Position numbers and translations under genes: made by a program. This document shows, piece by piece, positions 1 through 7,974 of a DNA stretch of 23,650 nucleotides. The stretch lies in assembly GCA_023254095.1 (NCBI GenBank), contig JALNLM010000017.1, forward strand, positions 1-23,650, read 5' to 3'. Positions within the stretch are counted from its first letter, which is position 1. Each line of letters opens with the position of its first letter. The stretch comes from Candidatus Geocrenenecus huangii (lineage in GTDB: Archaea; Thermoproteota; Nitrososphaeria_A; Caldarchaeales; Wolframiiraptoraceae). The notes under the pieces were generated by a model, which was given only the letters and a program-made list of their open reading frames with translations, was not told the origin of the DNA and did no database searches.

Positions 1-1135
1 TTCACATTAGACCTGGAGCAATCTACAAATTCCTATACGAAATGTTTGGTGGATGCACTATACAGACGAGAAATCCTGATAGCTGGGAAGGATACTACTG
101 GGGCGCAAAACACGTTTGGGGAATGGACGAAACACAAGGCTTAACCAAATACCAGTTAAACGCCTACTATGACTTTATGCTGAATGGGGAGCTTGCTTTG
201 TTCTGGGGATGTGATTCTGAGACTACGCCGAATGGTCACGGTCCAGGCCCGATGGCTAGCGTGGCAACATTCTGGTTAAAGGATGCTGGCAAGAAGATTG
301 TCGCGGTAGCTCCAGACGCAAACTACACAACAGTTGTTCATGCTGATAAGTGGATCCCTGTTCTGCCGAATACTGATGTTGAATTATACCTGGCGATAGC
401 GTATGTCTGGATAACGGAGGGAACATACGATAAGCAATACGTTGAGACGCATACATATGGATTCGAACACTTCAAGAAATACGTTCTGGGAGAAGAAGAC
501 GGAATACCGAAGACACCCAAGTGGGCGGAACAGATAACAGGCGTACCAGCGAGAACGATTAAAGCCCTAGCAAGAGCGTGGGCAAAGAAGGCAACAAGCA
601 TGTTCCATTGTAATGGTGGCCCAACGATTCGAGGACCCTACGCCACCGAGCCGGCGAGAGCGGAAACATACTGTCTAGCAATGCAGGGAATAGGAAAACC
701 AGGTAGACAGCAGATCAAGATGCATGAATGGGGGCTATTCGTTGGATGGCCTTTCTGGAACCCAAAGGTAATGCCTACAACGGGTGCTGGTACAAGAGGG
801 ATCATGGGTATTCAAGCTACTACGCCATTCATCTTAAAGACTTTAACACCTGAAGGGATACTGGCGACACCTGATAAGCCAGTTGAATGGTATGCGGCAG
901 CTCTTGCCTTTGCCCCGGTCGAGGAGCAGTTTAAGAAGTATCAGTTCCCGCCTGAAGGCTACCCGGACATACATATGATATGGAGTGAGACACCATGCTG
1001 GACGACGTGCTGGAATGGTGGAAACGCTCTAGTGAGAGCCTTCAGAAACCCCAAAGTAGAATTCTACGTAGTACAACGCATAACCCTTGAAGACGATGCG
1101 TTATTCGCAGACCTTATACTCCCAGTAACACAACA
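1..1135 (+). CDS. Molybdopterin oxidoreductase large (catalytic) subunit, pyrogallol/phloroglucinol transhydroxylase-like; N-terminal/middle part, 5'-truncated by window edge, followed by apparent frameshift
   Basis: Frame 3 is open from base 3 (HIRPGAIYKFLYEMFGGCTIQTRNPD...). Motifs WGCDSETTPNGHG, HADKWIPVLPNTDVELYLAIAYVWITEGTYD and VLGEEDGIPKTPKWAEQITGVPARTIKALARAWA are typical of CISM/DMSO-reductase-family enzymes of the transhydroxylase type. The frame ends at 1151 just after ADLILPVT. Confidence 0.8.
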
Positions 1136-2119
1136 TTCGAAAACGACATAGACATAATGGCGGATTCAGGGAATGGACAGTTCGCTGTACTACATTACTG
1201 GAGAAGATGCATCGACCCTATCGGTGAATCCAAGAGCGATGTAGAAATAATCGAAGAAGTAGCTAGACGATTAGGATACGACTTCACCCAAGGTAAGACT
1301 CATGATGAGTGGGCTAGGATAGCTTTCGAGAACTCCGGTGTTGCAGAATACATATCTTGGGAACAGTTCTTGGAGAAGAAGTATTTCGTTGTACCGCCTG
1401 ACCCGAAGTGGAAAGAGTTCCCGCTTGGAATGCGTCCATTTTACGAAAACCCTGAGAAAGAGAAGTTGCATACTAAGTCTGGTAAGATTGAGTTCTTTGC
1501 TCAGTGGCTTTACGAGAATTTCGGTAATGATCCTGAGAGGCCGCCTGTAGCCCACTATATACCGTATGGTAAGACTTGGCAGGAGTCGAGATTCCATGAG
1601 AAGGCTAAGAAGTATCCATTGCTGGACATGTCTAATCATCAGAGGTGGAGGGAGCATGCGAACCAGGATGATAGTATGTGGCTTCAGGAGATACCGACTC
1701 ACAAGATGTGGGTTGACGGCTACCCCTATCAGCCTATGTGGATTCATCCAGTAGATGCTGGCAAGAGAGGGATAAAGCATGGAGATATAGTGAAGGTGTA
1801 CAATGACCGTGGAGCGATTCTATGCGCGGCATACGTTACCGAGAGGGTAAGGCCTGGAACGGTCTACGTAGATCATGGTGCGAGGCTAGACCCGGTAGAG
1901 CTTGGACCGAGAGGGATTGAGCTGGATAGAGGAGGGGCAATCAACTTGGTCTGCCCGAAGGAGAATACTACACATATTCCGTTAATGGTTGTCTCGGCAT
2001 TCCTGGTAGAGGTCGAGAAGGTGAACATTGAGGAGCTTAAGAAAAGGTATCCTGGAGCATTCCAGAGAAAGCTGAACCCGCATATTGGTCCAAGCTACGA
2101 GTCATGGGTTGTGGGGTGA
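1130..2119 (+). CDS. C-terminal part of the same molybdopterin oxidoreductase large subunit, in the -1 frame (ORF track 1157..2119)
   Basis: Frame 2 is open upstream of the annotated ATG and reads T-T-F-E-N-D-I-D-I-M-A-D-S-G, continuing LPVT from frame 3. It contains a C-terminal molydopterin dinucleotide-binding region (PMWIHPVDAGKRGIKHGDIVKVYNDRGAILCAAYVTERVRPGTVYVDHG). Confidence 0.8.
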   Translation, partial: TTFENDIDIMADSGNGQFAVLHYWRRCIDPIGESKSDVEIIEEVARRLGYDFTQGKTHDEWARIAFENSGVAEYISWEQFLEKKYFVVPPDPKWKEFPLGMRPFYENPEKEKLHTKSGKIEFFAQWLYENFGNDPERPPVAHYIPYGKTWQESRFHEKAKKYPLLDMSNHQRWREHANQDDSMWLQEIPTHKMWVDGYPYQPMWIHPVDAGKRGIKHGDIVKVYNDRGAILCAAYVTERVRPGTVYVDHGARLDPVELGPRGIELDRGGAINLVCPKENTTHIPLMVVSAFLVEVEKVNIEELKKRYPGAFQRKLNPHIGPSYESWVVG

Positions 2120-2126
2120 ATGGTGG

Positions 2127-2975
2127 ATGGTTAAGGTCTGGGTTATTAATCTTGACCGTTGTAATGGATGCTACAACTGCCAGCTAGCATGCAAGGATGA
2201 GCATGTAGAGAATGACTGGACACCCTATGCCAAGTCTCAGCCGGACACTGGGCAGTTCTGGATGAAGATAGTTGAGATGGAGAGAGGCTCGATACCGAAG
2301 GTTAAGGTAACATACCTGCCACTACTATGCCAGCACTGCGATAATGCTCCATGCATACCCGTATGCCCAACGAAAGCAATCTATAAGCGGGCGGATGGGC
2401 TAGTATTGACAGACCCGGCGAAGTGCATTGGATGCAGGGCATGCCTAGATGCATGCCCATACGGTGTAATATACTTCAACGATTCTCTCAAAATAGCTCA
2501 GAAATGTACTGGATGCGCCCACCTACTAGACGGCGTGGGGCTTGGAGAAGGTCAGCCTAGGAAGCCTAGATGTGTAGACTCATGCCCGCATGAAGGGCAG
2601 GCAATGATCTTTGGAGAATACGAAGAACTAAAAGACCTTATAGCGAAGGCGGAAGTACTCCACCCAGAGTATGGGACGAAGCCACGGGTATACTACATAG
2701 GATTGCCTAAACCATTCATAGCGGGAGAAGTATACGACCCAGAAGAAGACGAAGTAGTAGAGGGGGCAACAGTAACAGCGGTAGACCTATCAAGCGGGAG
2801 AACATACTCAGCCACGACAGACGAGTTCGGAGACTTCTGGCTCAAAAACCTAGAATGGAACAAGGTATACCAGGTATCGATCGAGCATCCAAAATATCTT
2901 ACGAAAATTATAGGAGCGGTATCAACAACAAAAGACATAAACCTAGGGTCAATACCACTATACAAGAAAACATAA
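2127..2975 (+). CDS. Iron-sulfur electron-transfer subunit with C-terminal transthyretin/Cna-B-like domain, transhydroxylase small-subunit-like
   Basis: CNGCYNCQLAC, CQHCDNAPCIPVCP, CIGCRACLDACP and CTGC...CVDSCP cysteine motifs, then GEVYDPEEDEVVEGATVTAVDLSSGRTYSATTDEFGDFWLKNLEWNKVYQVSIEHP, a Cna-B/carboxypeptidase-regulatory-like beta domain. The start is better placed at ATG 2127 (MVKVWVINLDRCNGC) than at 2085. Confidence 0.85.
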   Translation: MVKVWVINLDRCNGCYNCQLACKDEHVENDWTPYAKSQPDTGQFWMKIVEMERGSIPKVKVTYLPLLCQHCDNAPCIPVCPTKAIYKRADGLVLTDPAKCIGCRACLDACPYGVIYFNDSLKIAQKCTGCAHLLDGVGLGEGQPRKPRCVDSCPHEGQAMIFGEYEELKDLIAKAEVLHPEYGTKPRVYYIGLPKPFIAGEVYDPEEDEVVEGATVTAVDLSSGRTYSATTDEFGDFWLKNLEWNKVYQVSIEHPKYLTKIIGAVSTTKDINLGSIPLYKKT

Positions 2976-3283
2976 AACAAAACCTCCCTACACTCCTTTT
3001 TGTTTTTCTTATATTCATTTTTCTAAGTATTACGGGTTTATTAATAGATTTTGAGTATCAATCCGAGCTATTAAAGGATTGGAGGTTTTCAAAGCACCAT
3101 GTTGATAATTGCTCTTGATATAAATTGTTATCTAGAATAAGTCGTCAATTGTTAAATCGCTGTTTGAGTTATCGGATGAATGTTTCTCCTTTATCATCAA
3201 ATTAATGTTACAAATCAGAATCGATTACTTTGTTTCTAGGAGAAAAACTATTATGGGGCTTCAGACTTATCTTATAAGAAGGT

Positions 3284-4543
3284 ATGAAATCACCAGAATT
3301 ATTTGAGAGAGCTAAGAAGATTATTCCAGGAGGGGTTAATAGTCCCGTTAGAGCTTTTGAACCATATCCATTCTTCGTAGAAAGAGGTAAAGGCTCAATA
3401 TTATATGATGTAGACGGCAAGCAGTACATAGATTATGTTATGGGCTATGGAGCACTGTTCTTTGGGCATGCACCCGAGTTCCTCGTAGAAAAGTTGAAAA
3501 AGATAGTTGAGGAGGGGTTTCTGTACGGTGCACCTACGGAAGAAGAAGTACAGCTGGCTGAAAAGATTCGAGAATTTTATCCATCCATGGAGATGGTTAG
3601 GCTTTCTAATAGTGGTTTAGAGGCTACCATGCATGCGATCAGACTAGCTAGAGGATATACCAAGAGAAGAAAGATAATAAAATTTGAAGGATGCTTTCAT
3701 GGCTCGCATGATTCCCTACTGGTTAAGGCTGGGTCAGGAGCACTAACTTTCGGAGTACCTTCTAGCTCAGGTGTATTAGAAGATCTGGCTAAACACACTC
3801 TCGTATCAAGATTCAACGATATAGAATTGACTGAGAAGATAGTCAGGGAAAATAGAGATGACCTAGCTGCAATAATCGTCGAGCCTGTGCCCGTAAATGT
3901 TGGTTTACTCATTCCCAAAATTGACTATCTTAAAGCTCTTAGAGAGCTTGCAGACTATTCAGGAGCAGTATTGATTTTCGATGAAGTAGTGACAGGTTTC
4001 AGACTTTCTCCAGGTGGTGCACAACAGTATTACGGGATAAGAGCTGACCTGACAACACTTGGTAAAGCGTTAGGCGGAGGCCTACCCATATCTGCTTTCG
4101 GTGGAAGAGAAGAGATCATGAAATATCTCGCACCTGAAGGGAAGGTATATGCTTCTGGAACATACTGTGGTAACCCATTATCTACAAAGGCAGCGTTAAC
4201 AGTCCTAGAATACATAAGAGAAAACCCGGAAATATATATCGGGATGAGGGGAAAAGTAGAGAGAATATGTAAGTTTATACGAGAGACAGCAGAAGACAAG
4301 CATCTTAAGATAACTGTTAACCATATTGAATCGATGTTCCAAGTATTCTTCACTGATGCCGAAGTCTTAAACTACGATGATGTAAAGAAGTCGGATATAG
4401 AATTGTTTAAACGATACTTTCACAATCTCTTGAAGAATGGTGTATTCATTCCTCCAAGCCAGTTTGAAACATGCTTCATATCAACCGCACACACAGATAA
4501 AGACATGGAACACACATTAAACTCAATTCAGAACTCTCTTTAA
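3284..4543 (+). CDS. hemL: Glutamate-1-semialdehyde 2,1-aminomutase
   Basis: IIPGGVNSPVRAFEP, CFHGSHDSLLVKAGSGALTFGVPSSSGV, LIFDEVVTGFR, TTLGKALGGGLPISAFGGR and GTYCGNPLSTKAA motifs of the HemL family. Confidence 0.96.
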   Translation: MKSPELFERAKKIIPGGVNSPVRAFEPYPFFVERGKGSILYDVDGKQYIDYVMGYGALFFGHAPEFLVEKLKKIVEEGFLYGAPTEEEVQLAEKIREFYPSMEMVRLSNSGLEATMHAIRLARGYTKRRKIIKFEGCFHGSHDSLLVKAGSGALTFGVPSSSGVLEDLAKHTLVSRFNDIELTEKIVRENRDDLAAIIVEPVPVNVGLLIPKIDYLKALRELADYSGAVLIFDEVVTGFRLSPGGAQQYYGIRADLTTLGKALGGGLPISAFGGREEIMKYLAPEGKVYASGTYCGNPLSTKAALTVLEYIRENPEIYIGMRGKVERICKFIRETAEDKHLKITVNHIESMFQVFFTDAEVLNYDDVKKSDIELFKRYFHNLLKNGVFIPPSQFETCFISTAHTDKDMEHTLNSIQNSL

Positions 4544-4555
4544 AGGAACTAGGAA

Positions 4556-5479
4556 ATGAAATTTAAAGTTGGAACAAGAGGAAGCAGGCTTTCACTCATC
4601 CAGACTATGGAAGTAGCTGACAAACTTAGAGAAGTTTTTCCAGAAATAGAAATAGAGATAAAGATCATCAAGACCAGGGGGGACGTAGACTTGGAAACAC
4701 CCTTATACCTGATTCCAGAAAGAGGCATATTCGAAAAAGAAATAGACCAGGCCATAATCAGAAGAGAGGTAGACTTCGCCGTACATAGCATGAAAGATTA
4801 CCCAACCAAACTACCACGTGAAGTAGAAATAGTCGCCGTCCCTGAGAGGCGAAGCCCTTGCGATGCATTCATCTCTAGAGGTAGTCTGAGCCTCAATGAT
4901 CTACCTGAGGGTAGCAAGGTTGGGACGAGTAGTCTTAGAAGGGAGGCCTTCATAAAATATTGTAGACGTGACTTGGAGGTGGCTCCAGTTAGGGGGAATA
5001 TAGAGACGAGGATCCGTAAGATGCTTGAGGGAGATGTTGATGCATTGGTCCTAGCGGAGGCTGGGCTAGAAAGGATAGGTGAAAACATAAAGTATGAGAG
5101 GCTGCCTATCGAGGAATTTACACCTCCTGCTGGACAAGGAGCATTAGCGGTAGTGGCTAGAAGAGACGATAAAGAATTAGTTAATATCCTCACGAGCATA
5201 AACCATTACGAGAGCTGGGTTGAAACGATGACTGAACGCAACATCATATCTTTGCTAGATGTTGGATGCAAGACACCTATCGGAGTAAATGTAGAGATGA
5301 ATGCAGATGGATTAGACATAACTTTATCAACCGTATCAATAGATTATTCAAAGAAGGTACATGTACAGACATTTATCCAGGCAACCGATATAATGGAAGC
5401 AAGCATGAAGGCAGTTAAATTATTTAAAGAAAAGGGTGGAATAGATATTCTAAAATCGTGGAGGAGAATCTACGAATAA
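4556..5479 (+). CDS. hemC: Hydroxymethylbilane synthase (porphobilinogen deaminase)
   Basis: KVGTRGSRLSLIQT, VDFAVHSMKDYPTKLP, GTSSLRREA, RGNIETRIRKM, PPAGQGALAVVAR and the cofactor-Cys region LLDVGCKTPIGV. Confidence 0.96.
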   Translation: MKFKVGTRGSRLSLIQTMEVADKLREVFPEIEIEIKIIKTRGDVDLETPLYLIPERGIFEKEIDQAIIRREVDFAVHSMKDYPTKLPREVEIVAVPERRSPCDAFISRGSLSLNDLPEGSKVGTSSLRREAFIKYCRRDLEVAPVRGNIETRIRKMLEGDVDALVLAEAGLERIGENIKYERLPIEEFTPPAGQGALAVVARRDDKELVNILTSINHYESWVETMTERNIISLLDVGCKTPIGVNVEMNADGLDITLSTVSIDYSKKVHVQTFIQATDIMEASMKAVKLFKEKGGIDILKSWRRIYE

Positions 5480-6027
5480 CTTCCCAACTGTTAAACTATC
5501 ACAGGATACCCTTCGATAAATACGTATGGACTCAGAACAGCATGGCTAAAGTAAGACTCGGTTATGACGTATACATTGATGATTTGCCTAGCATGTACGT
5601 GCGTATGCCCCCGATGTTTCCTGTAAGATGCTACCGGTAACGTTATTATTAGATGAGAAATGAATATATGCCGACTTCATTCATAATCAACGTCCCATTT
5701 ATGATTCTGCTAGAATTCGTAATCCATAAAAAACTGCGACTCCAGCTATCTGGATTCTTAAGTTTCTCAAAGTTATGTTACTACACTGAAAGAGTACGGG
5801 TTGCCCAGCATCCTCGATTATATTCTAAAATGTTATCTAAGACTTTATTATTTGTTCGACCCATTTGCTCTATGCAGCTTTAAACCAACCCCTCTGCCTC
5901 TTATTCCCTTTTAGAACCTCTCCCATAATAGTAAAACCAGCCATAATGTTTTGTCAATTATGATGTTCTTCTTGTATATTCCATTTTTCATGTTATCTTC
6001 GGGGAGTGTCCGGATTCACTTTGAATG

Positions 6028-6041
6028 GAAGCCTTAAAAAC
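6028..6041 (+). promoter_or_regulatory. Possible archaeal BRE/TATA element upstream of the structured element (if transcribed on the + strand)
   Basis: GGAAGCCTTAAAAAC; expected start about 25 nt downstream, before 6105. Confidence 0.3.
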
Positions 6042-6104
6042 CCTATGATGCTTACAAATTTAATAAGGATAGTATTAGATTAAAGCTAAAAATAGAAGGT
6101 GGGG

Positions 6105-6252
6105 ATTGGAGGCCTACTCTAAGAGCTATCTAAGCAACCCAGCGACACTAAAGATTATCAGACTACGAGGGTAGGTCTCTAGGGGACCTACTCGAGCACT
6201 ATATCTAGTCAGACCAGCCTGGGTTTTTGCTCCAGCTCTCAGGTAGGCCCCC
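6105..6252. ncRNA. Candidate structured RNA (strand undetermined) at/overlapping the 3' end of the IS110-like gene
   Basis: Nested complementary segments: 6111-6118/6242-6249 (GGCCTACT/GGTAGGCC), 6122-6127/6234-6239 (AGAGCT/AGCTCT), 6136-6142/6219-6225 (AACCCAG/CTGGGTT) flanked by 6133-6135/6229-6231 (AGC/GCT), 6161-6165/6206-6210 (GACTA/TAGTC), and apical hairpin 6166-6177/6185-6194 (CGAggGTAGGTC/GACCTACTCG). Confidence 0.5.
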
Positions 6253-7112
6253 TTATCTCTTGATAATAGATGGATCAGTTCCCTCAATAGTTGTCGTTGG
6301 AATCTCAGTCGTGGCGGCCATTGAATACTTCTCTTTTTAGCAATTGCTTCAGTGTATATCATAAAGAGTCTCTTGGCATTTCCCTGTATACGCTTGAATC
6401 TTCTTGCTTTATCATTCTTTACCTTGTATAATCCGAGGAATCTTAGTGAATAATGGTAGGGTATCACTGTTTCAGGCCATCCTAAGTACGTCAATGTACC
6501 AGCTAAACCATACAATCCATTGACATCATCTTTATCCAACCCTAGCCTATTGTAAATTTCGTCGAACATCGGTATAATCTCTTTGGCTTTCTCCACGACT
6601 TTGCTACGCATCATTGATATTCTACTTTCCACTTCATCGATATCTCTATCAACATCTACACCTAGAGTTTTTAGCCTCAGTAACCTTTGATAACTCTTGT
6701 AGTAAACTTTTTCCAATGTCAGTAATGGTTTTAACTCGACATCAATTGATGTTATCTCTCTAAACCATTTCCAACTTCTAGGAATCTTTGATAGAATGTA
6801 GGCGTCTCCGAAATCACTCTTCTTCTTACCAAATCTCTCCCTCAACTCTCCAGAGAACCTATCTCTCAGCTCTCTCCACTTCCATGGACGTCTAAAATAG
6901 AAGACCCTCTTTCCCTCTTTGAGAAGCTCTTCTATCTCACTCCACATACTTTGGAATATCGATGAATCCAGATATATCTCATCATAGTCTTTTAATTCTC
7001 TGAGGCTCTTGACCTCGAAGAATCTGTCCTCCATAGAGTCATAGCAACAATGATTCTTAGAATTATTGGCAGTATCAACGAAGACAATTCTGATACCATT
7101 AATATTAGTCAA
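6126..7112 (-). CDS. Divergent archaeal IS110-like (DEDD/RuvC-like) transposase homolog
   Basis: N-terminal RuvC-like strand GIRIVFVDTANNSKN, second-strand acidic DEIYLDSS, KKSDFGDAYILSKI (resembles the IS110 'KTDxxDAxxLA' motif). C-terminal SLRFLGLYKVKNDKARRFKRIQGNAKRLFMIYTEAI resembles 'ayaGL...g....ri.k.Gn..lR..l..aa' of Transposase_20. TTG start with GGAGG upstream. The final ~40 residues look non-conserved and overlap a structured element. Confidence 0.55.
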   Translation of the reverse strand: MTNINGIRIVFVDTANNSKNHCCYDSMEDRFFEVKSLRELKDYDEIYLDSSIFQSMWSEIEELLKEGKRVFYFRRPWKWRELRDRFSGELRERFGKKKSDFGDAYILSKIPRSWKWFREITSIDVELKPLLTLEKVYYKSYQRLLRLKTLGVDVDRDIDEVESRISMMRSKVVEKAKEIIPMFDEIYNRLGLDKDDVNGLYGLAGTLTYLGWPETVIPYHYSLRFLGLYKVKNDKARRFKRIQGNAKRLFMIYTEAIAKKRSIQWPPRLRFQRQLLRELIHLLSRDKGAYLRAGAKTQAGLTRYSARVGPLETYPRSLIIFSVAGLLR

Positions 7113-7186
7113 TGTATCTCATCTCCTCCTCCATCAACGTATATCCTATTCCCTGCATGATGGCTCCATTTATCTGGTTTGTGGCG

Positions 7187-7201
7187 AGCTTTTATATATA
7201 T
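7187..7201 (+). promoter_or_regulatory. Archaeal TATA-box promoter for cobA
   Basis: AGCTTTTATATATAT centred about 35 nt upstream of the cobA ATG at 7231, consistent with a leaderless or short-leader transcript. Confidence 0.5.
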
Positions 7202-7230
7202 CTAGTCAGCCTAGAAATAATTGAGGATTC

Positions 7231-7974
7231 ATGGGCGTAGTGTATATCGCTGGCGCTGGACCAGGAGACCCAGAGCTTATCACTTTGAAAGCATTAAAAA
7301 CATTGGAGATTGCAGATGTAGTGATTTATGATAGGTTAGTGAATCCTCAAATACTCAAATACGCTGTTAAAGCGAAGGAATTAATCTGTGTAGGTAAGGA
7401 GAAAGGTGAAAGTTGGAAGCAGGAGGAAATAAACAAGTTGCTTATAGAGAAAGCGAGACATTATGATGTTGTTGTCAGGTTGAAGAATGGTGACCCCATG
7501 CTCTTCTCTAGAGGAGGAGAAGAATGTGAAGCCCTCAAAGAAGCAGGCATACCGTACGAAATAATTCCAGGAATATCCTCAGCTCTAGCTGCACCAACAT
7601 ACGCCGGCATCCCCTTAACTCATCGAGAATATTCATCATCAGTAGCAATAGTTACTGGACATAGAAGGGAAGAGTACGGAGGAGATTTAACATACTTAAG
7701 GAAGATTTTCTCTCGTGTAGATACTGTTGTAGTCTTGATGGGTGTATCAAATCTAGAGAACATAGTTGGAGAAGCCATAGCTTCAGGGCTTCCAACTTCT
7801 ACATTAGTAGCAGTAATCGAGAATGCTACGCTCCCATCCCAGAGAGTTTATACAGACAAATTGTTAAACATAGTTAAGACGGTTAAAGAGAATGATGTGA
7901 AACCACCAGCCGTACTAGTTTTTGGAAAAGTTGTTGAGTTGAGAGAGAAGCTGAAATGGATAGAAATATCGTAG
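7231..7974 (+). CDS. cobA: Uroporphyrinogen-III C-methyltransferase
   Basis: VYIAGAGPGDPELITLKALKTLEIADVVIYDRLV, RLKNGDPMLFSRGGEE, PGISSALAAPTYAGIPLTHRE and VVVLMGV motifs of SUMT. Confidence 0.95.
   Translation: MGVVYIAGAGPGDPELITLKALKTLEIADVVIYDRLVNPQILKYAVKAKELICVGKEKGESWKQEEINKLLIEKARHYDVVVRLKNGDPMLFSRGGEECEALKEAGIPYEIIPGISSALAAPTYAGIPLTHREYSSSVAIVTGHRREEYGGDLTYLRKIFSRVDTVVVLMGVSNLENIVGEAIASGLPTSTLVAVIENATLPSQRVYTDKLLNIVKTVKENDVKPPAVLVFGKVVELREKLKWIEIS

Noticed and set aside
256-601. Minus-strand ORFs 256-456 and 338-601
   Set aside because: They lie fully antisense to the molybdopterin oxidoreductase, with low-complexity, non-domain-like translations; shadow ORFs.
1271-1780. 169-aa minus-strand ORF plus + strand ORFs 1338-1550 and 1566-1754 inside the oxidoreductase
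   Set aside because: Overlapped by strongly conserved coding sequence in frame 2; translations show no motifs.
6105-6252. Interpretation of the structured element as tRNA, 5S rRNA, SRP RNA or RNase P RNA
   Set aside because: No T-loop (TTCRANY), no GGAAGG/AGCAG SRP helix 8 motif, and no GAGGAAAGTCC-like RNase P CR-I on either strand.
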